DNA of 32,000 nt from Candidatus Thorarchaeota archaeon (GCA_048882505.1 JBHLRO010000004.1:213723-245722), one strand, 5' to 3'; positions 1 to 8,784 are shown, counted from the first letter of the stretch. Notes: generated by a model from the letters alone, not told the origin. Numbers and translations: made by a program.

Positions 1-177
1 TTAGAACCTGTACGACTAGATGACTTGGAGAATGATTCAGACTTGACAAAAGTGGCATTCCATGTCGAAAAGGAAGGTCTCGATGTAATGGATAGCGCGA
101 TTGATGATCCAGAATTTTTCAATACACTTGACCAGCTAGAGAAGAAGCGATTCTCGGTTATGTTAAACCTGCGTTAA
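1..177 (+). CDS. 3' end of an unknown protein (partial, runs off the left edge)
   Basis: Frame +1 is open from base 1 to TAA at 175-177 (LEPVRLDDLENDSDLTKVAFHVEKEGLDVMDSAIDDPEFFNTLDQLEKKRFSVMLNLR*). It ends 12 bp before the next co-directional gene. Not in the ORF track. Confidence 0.65.
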   Translation, partial: LEPVRLDDLENDSDLTKVAFHVEKEGLDVMDSAIDDPEFFNTLDQLEKKRFSVMLNLR

Positions 178-189
178 AGAGGCACAAAC

Positions 190-378
190 ATGCCAAAAGG
201 AAAAGAAGAGATCAAAAGGTTGTCAGAGAAAAAGAAGAAGCTTCTTAGCCAAGTAGAGGAACAGCTAGTTCTTCATTTGAAAGAACTGGGTTCGCTGCCC
301 GCAACTTCCTTAAAAAATTCTGATCCCCTCTTTAAAAAGCTTCAGTCCTATGCTTTGAAATGGCGCGATGAGAAATAA
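190..378 (+). CDS. Small basic helical hypothetical protein (62 aa)
   Basis: ATG preceded by AGAGG. Its stop overlaps the next start (TAATG), which suggests translational coupling to the SMC-like gene. Confidence 0.7.
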   Translation: MPKGKEEIKRLSEKKKKLLSQVEEQLVLHLKELGSLPATSLKNSDPLFKKLQSYALKWRDEK

Positions 379-2207
379 TGACACTAACTATTACATTACA
401 AAATATTGGCGGCATTGACGAACTTACCCTTAATTTTAGACAAGGTAAGAATTTGATTACTGCACCCAATGCTATTGGGAAATCATCATTTGTTCGTGGA
501 ATCGAACTTCTTAATATGCCTGGTAGTAAAATATCAAAGAGAAGATATTATTTCAATCTATTCACAAAATCAAGTTCAGTCAAGCTAGATATGGAAGGTT
601 ATGGGAAAGCAGAGAGACACTTTAATATTGACGGTAAAAAAATCACGGTGGTAGGAGATACCTTCCATCCCGAGAACCAGAAAGTGAATCTATTTAGCTT
701 GGCAACTCCAGATAACAAGCTTATAACTTCCATTACCACAGGAAGGAATTTAGAAGAACTCCTTACCCAATACTCAGATGTAAAATACTATTCTTATCTC
801 ATATCAGTCATAAAGAATCGTCTTTCAAATCTAAAGAAAGATCTCCGAATTTATTTAGTTTATGAGTCAGATGTTGAGAATCTAAGAAAAGAACGATCGA
901 ATCTAGAGCGAGAGCTTAGTAACGCGGAAAAAGATCGAAAATCTCTCCCCAAAATAAACCTTGAGGAAATTAAATCCCTTAAGGATTCGGAGGCACGATT
1001 CCAAGAGCTTACAAAAGAGGTAGCCAACCTAAAAAATATGATCGAGGCGGCTCACGATATAATTAAACTCGACAAGGCGAGAATACGCGATCAACAAAAA
1101 CTCTCGGATCGGATGGAGGAGGAAATCAAGAATTTTATGAATGATCATCCTCGGGTGGAGCAGGAAATAAGCCATCTGGTAACCCGTACCAAAGAAACAC
1201 GGAAGTTCCTGCAAGAAGTCAAACAAGAGAAGCGAGAAACAGAGAAGGCAATTAAAGAGGTAAGGAATTGGATTTCTCTGAGTCGTTCAATGGATTTGTC
1301 TAAATGTATAATCTGTGGACGTCCTTATAGCGAAAAAAACGCCAAAAATCGAGAAGACAAATTACTGGTCGAAGATTCGCACCAATCCAAGCGAATGAGG
1401 GAATATGAATTTCAAATTGATGATTTAGAGCGTCGAAAAGAAGACCTTGAATTACAGGTTCACAGAATAAAAAATGACAATCAACTTAGGATAAACAAAG
1501 CTCAAAAAGAAATCCGTCGGCTTAACCGTGAGATGCAGGAAAAGGAGGAAGAGATAGATTCCAGTAAAAAAACGTTGGAAATAAAATCATCAGAATTGAA
1601 AATCCTAGAAAAATCGATCGACGACGATTTAAAAACTAAAATCGAATTGATTACTGACCTTGATGCAAAAATCCAACGGATTTCGGGAAAAATTGAACAG
1701 GTAGAAAAGCAGATTGGTGAAAAATCCGATCGAATGGGCCAGGCGGATCTGGTTCAGGCCGAACATGAATTCTACCAGGTATTTCAAGAACATCTTGAAT
1801 CCAGGGAAAAGATTGTCAAAATGCTGGTTCTTGAAAACTTCAATGCTCAGATTAAATTTGTTTATTCACGATTAAAATTCCAAGATTTCGAAGAAATCAA
1901 AATTGATAACGAATTTCGCCTTATTGTAAGGCGAAAACGAAGAGGCGCTACAATTGACCAGCCTATCGAATCACTCAGCGATTCCGAGCGGATTACGATT
2001 GCTCTAATCTGCATGCTTGCAGGACGTGAGGAATACGTGAAGGATTATCCGATTTTCTGCTTGGACAAGGTTACGTTGGATTACGACCCAAGCCGATTTT
2101 CAATGATTCTCGATTACCTTGTTCAACGCGGGGTGCCCTATATTCTGGTTACAGCAGCAAAAAGCATTGAGGACAGCTCAGGCCAACTAGAAGTGGAATA
2201 TTTGTAA
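378..2207 (+). CDS. Archaea-specific SMC-related / Rad50-like coiled-coil ATPase with zinc hook (Sph/ClsN/arcadin-4-like)
   Basis: N-terminal 'ITLQNIGGID' strand and Walker A 'APNAIGKSS'. Long heptad coiled coils around a central CxxC hook 'CIICGRP'. C-terminal signature 'LSDSER' and Walker B 'PIFCLDK'. Confidence 0.85.
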   Translation: MTLTITLQNIGGIDELTLNFRQGKNLITAPNAIGKSSFVRGIELLNMPGSKISKRRYYFNLFTKSSSVKLDMEGYGKAERHFNIDGKKITVVGDTFHPENQKVNLFSLATPDNKLITSITTGRNLEELLTQYSDVKYYSYLISVIKNRLSNLKKDLRIYLVYESDVENLRKERSNLERELSNAEKDRKSLPKINLEEIKSLKDSEARFQELTKEVANLKNMIEAAHDIIKLDKARIRDQQKLSDRMEEEIKNFMNDHPRVEQEISHLVTRTKETRKFLQEVKQEKRETEKAIKEVRNWISLSRSMDLSKCIICGRPYSEKNAKNREDKLLVEDSHQSKRMREYEFQIDDLERRKEDLELQVHRIKNDNQLRINKAQKEIRRLNREMQEKEEEIDSSKKTLEIKSSELKILEKSIDDDLKTKIELITDLDAKIQRISGKIEQVEKQIGEKSDRMGQADLVQAEHEFYQVFQEHLESREKIVKMLVLENFNAQIKFVYSRLKFQDFEEIKIDNEFRLIVRRKRRGATIDQPIESLSDSERITIALICMLAGREEYVKDYPIFCLDKVTLDYDPSRFSMILDYLVQRGVPYILVTAAKSIEDSSGQLEVEYL

Positions 2208-2237
2208 ACCAGGTCGATTTTTCTGTGATAAGAATCC

Positions 2238-2597
2238 TCAGTCTCTTATTGCAATCGCATCAATCATAATAAGGGCATTTTTTGGCAAAGCAGCCACCTG
2301 AACCGTTACGCGGGCAGGGGGGTCACTGGGAAAGAATAATGCATATTCCTCATTTACTGAACCAAACAGGGAGATATCAGTTGGATAGAAGGTTGTTTTG
2401 ACAATGTCGCTAAGATAGAAGCTTTGAGATTCGAGAACGGCTTCTATTTTTTTGATCGCTTGTCTATTTTGAGTTCGGATATCAGATTCTATATCGATTG
2501 CGATTTGTCCCGATACAAAAACCTGCTTGTTGCCTGTGGCAAGAATCCCAGGAGAGCAGGATCCCAAGGTAGTCCCGACCGAAATTACTTGTTTCAT
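2238..2597 (-). CDS. ridA: Rid (YjgF/YER057c/UK114) family enamine/imine deaminase
   Basis: Motifs 'VFVSGQIAID', 'DIVKTTFY', 'VNEEYALFF' and 'PARVTVQVAALPKNALIMIDAIA' with the conserved Arg. Start moved from the track's 2678 to ATG 2597, which has a GAGGGGTGAT SD upstream. Confidence 0.9.
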   Translation of the reverse strand: MKQVISVGTTLGSCSPGILATGNKQVFVSGQIAIDIESDIRTQNRQAIKKIEAVLESQSFYLSDIVKTTFYPTDISLFGSVNEEYALFFPSDPPARVTVQVAALPKNALIMIDAIAIRD

Positions 2598-2658
2598 ATA
2601 ATCTATCACCCCTCTAGTGCTAGAATGGATAAATTTGGTGTTATTAACACTAGTTTCG

Positions 2659-3087
2659 TTAGCTATCAGGTAGGTCAAGCAGATTTAATCCAGTTTTAGG
2701 ATCATGCGTCCGCGTTGGTGGCGGAAGAGCCTGTAAAATATTAACTTCACAGGTTACAGATACAATACATCCTGGAAAGATATGACCGCCAATACTTGAA
2801 CCATCCTTTTTCCCAAATACTCCATGAAGATGTATAATGGGTTGTTTCCCTTTTGCAATGTTACCGGAAAGCGCCAGAATTTCTAGATTCTCATCGAATG
2901 CCATCTCGAGATACTTCTGTCCATCAAAAAAACCAATATTGGCTTTTGAGACAGCTCCCATTCCATGAATTATCCCTCCTTCTATCCTATAACGTTCACA
3001 GAATTCTTCGATCTTTTTGAAGATGTCATCTCCCCGGTATAAACGAAGGAGGTAGTTCTTCACGATATTTTGATGCTGATGTCTCAT
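2659..3087 (-). CDS. PPC/DUF296 domain protein (AF0104-like, Zn-binding His triad)
   Basis: 'LLRLYRGDDI', 'GMGAV', 'EILALSGNI', 'IHLHGVFG' and 'GGHI' match the DUF296 pattern. Confidence 0.9.
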   Translation of the reverse strand: MRHQHQNIVKNYLLRLYRGDDIFKKIEEFCERYRIEGGIIHGMGAVSKANIGFFDGQKYLEMAFDENLEILALSGNIAKGKQPIIHLHGVFGKKDGSSIGGHIFPGCIVSVTCEVNILQALPPPTRTHDPKTGLNLLDLPDS

Positions 3088-3160
3088 ATGAGCACCAGTA
3101 AATTCGAGGTTAATGGTTTTTTGCCCAAAGCCTGATGGGCCGTAAATTTGAGAACTTTCG

Positions 3161-3592
3161 TTGTCTCGTCATTTTCACTCCTCTCTCTACATCTTTAACG
3201 GAATATTATTAACTAATAACATCCCGAAAATTCAATTGAGTGCTAAGACCTTGAATAATTCCAATCAGGATGAGAACCTTCGTTTCTCACATAAAAGTTC
3301 GAATCCCGCGCTTGAAGAAGCACTTGAAATTCTCGATACATTGAAATACGATTTATCCCTTAGCGAAAGAACCATTTCCGATACCAAAACTGGCATTTAT
3401 TATTACTACGAGGAGAACCCCGAATCAAGGCTACATGCACGTACACTTGTGGGGATACTCAGTTATATGGTTTCTCAAAGAAATAACGAGCACTTGTCAA
3501 TAACCACTATAGCAAAAGCTCTCGATGTAAACCCTAGCTGGTTATCACGGAACAAAAAACGAATACTATCGGTTCTACAGAGAATACGATAG
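3161..3592 (+). CDS. Hypothetical protein with a single TFIIB/cyclin-like repeat ending in an HTH
   Basis: 'ILDTLKYDLSLSERTI...ARTLVGILSYMVSQRNNEHLSITTIAKALDVNPSWLSRNKKRI' follows the TFB core-repeat pattern (L.Ls...; aAa.lYia....e.rt..eiA....V...tir.r). The TTG start position is uncertain. Confidence 0.6.
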   Translation: MSRHFHSSLYIFNGILLTNNIPKIQLSAKTLNNSNQDENLRFSHKSSNPALEEALEILDTLKYDLSLSERTISDTKTGIYYYYEENPESRLHARTLVGILSYMVSQRNNEHLSITTIAKALDVNPSWLSRNKKRILSVLQRIR

Positions 3593-3676
3593 TTCCTCTT
3601 CTCATTCAGAGGAGCGATGGACAAAATTTAAATACGATCGTGTTGGGGGTGTTTACTGATCCTAAGGAATCTGGTT

Positions 3677-4675
3677 TTGGCGGAAATGAAAATACACTGT
3701 GATGCGCGTTGCACGACCTGTATTGAACCTAGAGGTAGGAGCCGAAACATTGATGATGACAGCACAGCTCATTATTGTGCAACCTGTCGGTCCGCATATT
3801 TTTGTGAAGTTGGAGTAGCTGAGCGGTTTTTAACGCCCGGATCTGAAGATTCTGAGTTATTCTGCGTAGAATGCGGAAATGAACTGATCTCCAAACCTTT
3901 TGACGAGATAACATTGGAGAAAGCAAGATTTCTAATGGATAATAAACTTCTTAGTCGGAGCGGAAAATTTAGACCATCTTTACTTCCAAGAATCAAGATT
4001 AAATCTTCATTATCATTGCTTTATGATCTTAAATCTATCAGTGCTTTTCACCAGTCCCTTATTACCGAATTAACACACTTATCAGGTCTTACGCCCCAGA
4101 TTATAACCAATTTTGCACGAGATTTCGGAATTGGTGAAACACTTCTTTCAAACCTTAATGGCGACACGGATTCAATCCTTGTCACTCTTGGAAGTGTATC
4201 GCCAAATTTTATCGAAATTCTACATGCAATCCTGGTCGGTCGCGATCCAACCATCGAAGGTGGTCTTGCCCTCCGGTTTTCTGTATACGCTGCGAACATT
4301 GCCAGCATTCTATTCATATCTCCCTCGGGAGCCTTGGTTCAATCGGGGCCTGCTGACATGTTGGCGTATGATCCAAACGGTATGCGGATCTGGATATATT
4401 GTTTCCCAGGTGTTGCGGAGGTTTTAGACCTGGAGAAAATAATTCGGCCATTACTTAACCCTGATGACCAATCCAAGTTCAATGGTGTTTCTGAAATCTA
4501 CTTAGTATCACAAAAAGGATTTTCCTGGACTGCACTCCAGATACTTCAGAAATATCCAGGGATAGTGGTTTCAGATTTTGGTAAACAGAGATTAATTCCA
4601 TTTACACTCTGGAAAGAAGTAGTAACCCCTGATTCCCGTCGTCCTGAAATAGCATTCGAGAAAATACGTTTATAG
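3677..4675 (+). CDS. Multi-Cys zinc-finger protein with a C-terminal restriction-endonuclease-like (Mrr-type) fold, probably inactive
   Basis: N-terminal C-x3-C-x2-C...HYC-x2-C-x5-C...C-x2-C. The C-terminal 'ADMLAYD...IWIYC' and 'IYLVSQKGFSWTALQ' resemble the Mrr-like D-x(n)-[EQ]xK core and the 'GFt..A' motif. Confidence 0.6.
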   Translation: MAEMKIHCDARCTTCIEPRGRSRNIDDDSTAHYCATCRSAYFCEVGVAERFLTPGSEDSELFCVECGNELISKPFDEITLEKARFLMDNKLLSRSGKFRPSLLPRIKIKSSLSLLYDLKSISAFHQSLITELTHLSGLTPQIITNFARDFGIGETLLSNLNGDTDSILVTLGSVSPNFIEILHAILVGRDPTIEGGLALRFSVYAANIASILFISPSGALVQSGPADMLAYDPNGMRIWIYCFPGVAEVLDLEKIIRPLLNPDDQSKFNGVSEIYLVSQKGFSWTALQILQKYPGIVVSDFGKQRLIPFTLWKEVVTPDSRRPEIAFEKIRL

Positions 4676-4691
4676 ACGCACGACCTCCGAT

Positions 4692-5234
4692 GTGATAGGA
4701 TTCTTGGTGTCAACTGAAGTTTTTTCTTCCTTTACAAAAGTGGTACTTTGGGGAAGCCGAAAAGTTGGAAAAACCTCGCTTTTGCGCCGTCTTCTAAACC
4801 TTCCTCCAAGTGAAAAATATCTTCCGACAATAGGGGTAAGAATCCACAATCTAGAGGCACATGTCAATGAAAACCATTACTACCTTCAATTTTGGGACGT
4901 TTCTGGGAATGAGATTTACCATGACCTAATATCATCACTAGTAAAGAATGCAGGATGCATGATCTTAGTATTCGATCATCAGAACAAAGAATCCCAAGAG
5001 GAAGTAATGGGTTTATATGAGAAAGTAAGAGAATTGGCTAAGAGTGTCCCAGTCCTAATAGTTGGGAATAAAGCGGAGGAAACAAAAAAAGAGGTTCCAA
5101 AACGGATGGAAAATTGGGCTCGAGCTCGAAATCTACGTATTCTCCCTATGTCTGCTAAACATGGAATGGGCGCCTCTCTTTTATTGAATATAATTGTTAA
5201 AACCTGCGGAATTCCAGTAAACCAAAGCAACTAG
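4692..5234 (+). CDS. Ras-superfamily (Rab-like) small GTPase
   Basis: G1 GSRKVGKT, G2 PTIG, G3 WDVSG, G4 NKAE, G5 SAK. GTG start. No prenylation motif. Confidence 0.92.
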   Translation: MIGFLVSTEVFSSFTKVVLWGSRKVGKTSLLRRLLNLPPSEKYLPTIGVRIHNLEAHVNENHYYLQFWDVSGNEIYHDLISSLVKNAGCMILVFDHQNKESQEEVMGLYEKVRELAKSVPVLIVGNKAEETKKEVPKRMENWARARNLRILPMSAKHGMGASLLLNIIVKTCGIPVNQSN

Positions 5235-5246
5235 GTTGAGTTTTAA

Positions 5247-5666
5247 TTATTTCCACGAGGATTCATCAGTATTTAGTTCCTCACATGAGGCCTGCACAAT
5301 TTCGCATTCATGCCATCGGGTTCCGTTTTGGAACTCACAAATTTCCCCAGTCACCTGACAGCAGTGATCCTCCTTTAAATACAGACACAAGCTTGTCATG
5401 ACAAGTCGAAGATTCATTTTTTCCGAAGGAAGTCCACGCAGATAGTTTTGGTGTAATTGATCTCGAATTTCCTGATAATTTTGAACCTGAAGTGTGGAAA
5501 GCATGCATCCCGTTTTAAAAGTAATTCCCCCAGCGATAAGACTGTTCTCGAACTCGAGGAAACTGAATAGCTGGCGCTGTAATGAATCTAAGATTTCATC
5601 GTCAACGTCGGGCATGCCCATCTGGTTGAGCATGTCTCGCAGATTTTTCCTGAAAATCTTCCACAC
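5247..5666 (-). CDS. Hypothetical protein with a C-terminal Cys/His cluster
   Basis: 139-aa ORF filling the gap between the GTPase and a divergent intergenic region. C-terminal C-x6-HCC-x6-C-x8-HEC. Confidence 0.7.
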   Translation of the reverse strand: MWKIFRKNLRDMLNQMGMPDVDDEILDSLQRQLFSFLEFENSLIAGGITFKTGCMLSTLQVQNYQEIRDQLHQNYLRGLPSEKMNLRLVMTSLCLYLKEDHCCQVTGEICEFQNGTRWHECEIVQASCEELNTDESSWK

Positions 5667-5874
5667 CTACATGGGAGGTATGCTAAGAGTAGTATTTAAG
5701 CTATTGTTTACACTTTCGCGAAGGAACACCAGATAGGGAAGGACTAAAAACATGTAGATTCCGATAAGTTTACGTTCCTGATAACCTGACCATTAATGAA
5801 GGATCATGATGTCAGGTATTTTACGTCCAATAAGATATTTCACTAGGCGTAAAAACGTGTAAAAGGTTCCAATA

Positions 5875-8784
5875 ATGCCTGAATATGACTACAACCCAGT
5901 GGTTTGGGTGTCACTGGCAACCGCATCGGGAATGTCCCTTATTAGTTTGGGGCAACCAGGCCTTCGTTCCGATCTGGACGAACAGGTATATACAGGTGGA
6001 CTTACTGCGGTGCAAGCCATGATTGGAGGGGAGGTGGGGGGGGATACAGGAAGATTTGTAGGAGGAAGTCATTACAATAAAACAGGCCGATTTTTGGTCA
6101 AGAGCGAGAATTTGGAGTTGGTTGGGCAATTTTTACTAATTTCTGAATCTCGTCAAACCGTGGCACCCGAACTGGTTCAGTATTACGAAGAACTGGTTAG
6201 TCGGTTTGCGCGAGAAACGCTGAAGACAGAGGAATTCAAAAAGACCCAGGATTTTTATGTTACCCTGGGGGTAGATGAAATTCTGGAAACCTTCTTCAAG
6301 GTAATAAATGAAGCCCGCAAACAGGTCTCTATTCCAACGAGTGAAGAACCTTTTAAGAACGCAGTACAAGAGATGTTGAATAAATCAATTAATGATTATG
6401 AGTATAGTACAACCTTGGTAAGCATTTCAGAGCTTAAGGGAAATTATCCTGCTCTTAAAGACGAAATCAGAGCCAAGCAATCATCTTTAACTGAAGATTT
6501 CACGAATGACTTACTTGAGCTTCTCACTAGTGAGCGTCCACATGCTTTGGTACAGTATCCGAAAATCAGCACTAAAAAAATACGTAAGGAACTCTCCAAG
6601 TATGTTCATGAAACAATTGAACAGCTAAACGTACAAGCAGGCTTGGAAGAGACTCTTCAAGAGTTTGAAAAAAATGAATTGCGGGATATCCTTGAAGAAT
6701 TCAGTTTGCAAGAAGTTTCTAAGGCAAACTTAGCTGCACGATTGGAAGAGGAGGTTTTACAGAAGTTTTTACGAGAATTTCCCCTTCTTTACCTTGCGGA
6801 TCCAAGTATTGCGAATTTTGCCCAAGTCATTGAAGATCTGAACAACCGGATCAGTGAGGAGTTTGATCTGGGAGGTACCCTGACACGCATTGTAAACCTC
6901 CTATTTGACAACACTCGTGAAAAAGAACAGGAAATGGTGATCCCGTATATAAGGTATTTTAGTGAGCAGTTTACAACTGGTTTAACTACATCGGCGTGGA
7001 AATACATCCAATTTATCTTCAAATTAATCTCCATGGAGACAGGAGTTGAACTAGAAAATGTGCTACCCCTGATTAAAGACGAGATTCCAGAGTCTCATTA
7101 TACCGAGGTCACTAAACAGGTTACACGTTACAAACTCAGTAAGGTAATCCCCATTTCCTTCACTGTCAAGAAAGCTAGCGATGTGCTCCCTTTTTATCGG
7201 AGCTTGTTCGCGGGTTTAGGTTTTGCAGTAAACACCCTGATAACTGAAACTGCCTTGGGACGAAACACTGCGGATAATTACATGGTTCGAACCCTAAAGA
7301 ACTACGATAATTTCCTCTACGATCTGCTTAAACTGGGATTTTTGGTCTCTGCGTACACATCCTTGGAAGGGGAAAGATCAAAGTTTGACTTTACCTTGGC
7401 CTATCCCAATATAGGAAATTTCGATGGGAATTTTGACCTGACGAATTTGGATGTAGATACACTTGTTTCAGCTATTAGTAGGGCGAGTGTTGAGTATATA
7501 GATGAAGAAAAACAGCTCATTGAAGGACGCTTGGAAGAGCTACGAAAAGGATTCGACAAACGGGCAAAAGACATTGAAAGGTTTTTGGGAAAATCACCCA
7601 AGGTTATTTCCAAGGGTTACTCTGGGACGGAAATAGGGGAAGTAAATGTTCTTTTTGACAAAAATAACCTGGTTGCACCACCAATTGAATCTATCTTTCA
7701 GGATATTAAGGACGATTACCGAAAAATCATCCAAAAAATGGAATCTTCGTTGGATAAAGTCGCTTCAGCGGCAAGCGAATTTTTGGCTGATAAGATTTCA
7801 GAGAAAAAGTTTCAAAATGAAGCATCAGATTTTGGATTTATAAATCAAGCACGTGACGGGGTTCAGAAGGTAATTCAAAAACAGTGGGGTAATATTGAAA
7901 GAAAGTATTCTTCTTTGGGTTCTTCTGTTGAGAAGCGTGTTCACGGATTAAGAAAAAGTCTGCAGAAAGCCTATTCTCAAGCAGGGCAGCCCGCAGCCTA
8001 TCTTCGGTTTGATCAAAAGTCTTATTCCCGCGGCAATATGGATATCTTCAAATCTCACTCTTCGATTACAGCGAATATAGAATCTACTATCGAGAAACGC
8101 ATGAAAAAGGAATCTATTATCACATTTGATAACTTGGGAGCATATGAATTTTTTGCCAATAGCCGTTCCCTTCCCCGGTCACTTCAGATCGCCTTGACCA
8201 ATGCTCTAGTTAATAAAGAATCATTCCCCTTCCTAAAAGATGCTACTTCAAATCTTAACCTTGAGATCCATAATGATATCTTCCAGTCCTACGCAGAAGT
8301 AATTGGCCAACGAACTAATGAAATCTTAACACAACTACTACAAGATGTCGGAGCGTCGATCAGAAAAGAATATTTTAGTTCAGATCCAGTTATAACGTTT
8401 TTTGAAAGTGGAAACAAAATTTTGGTACCTGCAATCGATTTGGGAGTTGTCTCGGAACGAGCCATGAAATCTCTTACTAATTTATTGGGTGAACGAATCG
8501 GAATTGAATCCCAACATGAGGAAGACCATAGTCTTCATCGTATTCTCGCCGCAATACCCACGTTCGGATGTAATTATTCGGATCTGGTTTGGGAAAGGCA
8601 CCATCATGGAAAAGAGATTACTCTAAACAAAGTCATGCTGCTTGTAAATTGGCATTCTCTTTTAGAAGAAAATAAGTTTTACCTGAACATAATTCGTTAT
8701 TCCGCCGCGATTTATTCTGATCGTGTAAAGAAAGGCGTTGAAAAAACTCTTATCCAGGTCGAAAGAAGCCTGACTTCCGGGTAA
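5875..8784 (+). CDS. Large alpha-helical protein with a probable N-terminal longin-like domain
   Basis: 969-aa ORF. The N-terminal 'VWVSLATASGMSLI...DEQVYTGGLTAVQAMIGGEV' matches the Asgard longin pattern (hhh...sG.ph...D..LhsGhLsAh..h..Eh). The rest is charged and amphipathic-helical. Confidence 0.75.
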   Translation: MPEYDYNPVVWVSLATASGMSLISLGQPGLRSDLDEQVYTGGLTAVQAMIGGEVGGDTGRFVGGSHYNKTGRFLVKSENLELVGQFLLISESRQTVAPELVQYYEELVSRFARETLKTEEFKKTQDFYVTLGVDEILETFFKVINEARKQVSIPTSEEPFKNAVQEMLNKSINDYEYSTTLVSISELKGNYPALKDEIRAKQSSLTEDFTNDLLELLTSERPHALVQYPKISTKKIRKELSKYVHETIEQLNVQAGLEETLQEFEKNELRDILEEFSLQEVSKANLAARLEEEVLQKFLREFPLLYLADPSIANFAQVIEDLNNRISEEFDLGGTLTRIVNLLFDNTREKEQEMVIPYIRYFSEQFTTGLTTSAWKYIQFIFKLISMETGVELENVLPLIKDEIPESHYTEVTKQVTRYKLSKVIPISFTVKKASDVLPFYRSLFAGLGFAVNTLITETALGRNTADNYMVRTLKNYDNFLYDLLKLGFLVSAYTSLEGERSKFDFTLAYPNIGNFDGNFDLTNLDVDTLVSAISRASVEYIDEEKQLIEGRLEELRKGFDKRAKDIERFLGKSPKVISKGYSGTEIGEVNVLFDKNNLVAPPIESIFQDIKDDYRKIIQKMESSLDKVASAASEFLADKISEKKFQNEASDFGFINQARDGVQKVIQKQWGNIERKYSSLGSSVEKRVHGLRKSLQKAYSQAGQPAAYLRFDQKSYSRGNMDIFKSHSSITANIESTIEKRMKKESIITFDNLGAYEFFANSRSLPRSLQIALTNALVNKESFPFLKDATSNLNLEIHNDIFQSYAEVIGQRTNEILTQLLQDVGASIRKEYFSSDPVITFFESGNKILVPAIDLGVVSERAMKSLTNLLGERIGIESQHEEDHSLHRILAAIPTFGCNYSDLVWERHHHGKEITLNKVMLLVNWHSLLEENKFYLNIIRYSAAIYSDRVKKGVEKTLIQVERSLTSG

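Noticed and set aside
378-2207. Canonical Rad50 or condensin SMC
   Set aside because: There is no hinge domain, the signature and Walker B are degenerate, the arms are short and no mre11 or scpA/B is visible in the window. The upstream edge is truncated, so this is not absolute.
2598-2678. Track's longer N-terminus for the Rid protein
   Set aside because: It overlaps the DUF296 stop. A strong SD precedes ATG 2597, which gives the typical ~120-aa Rid length.
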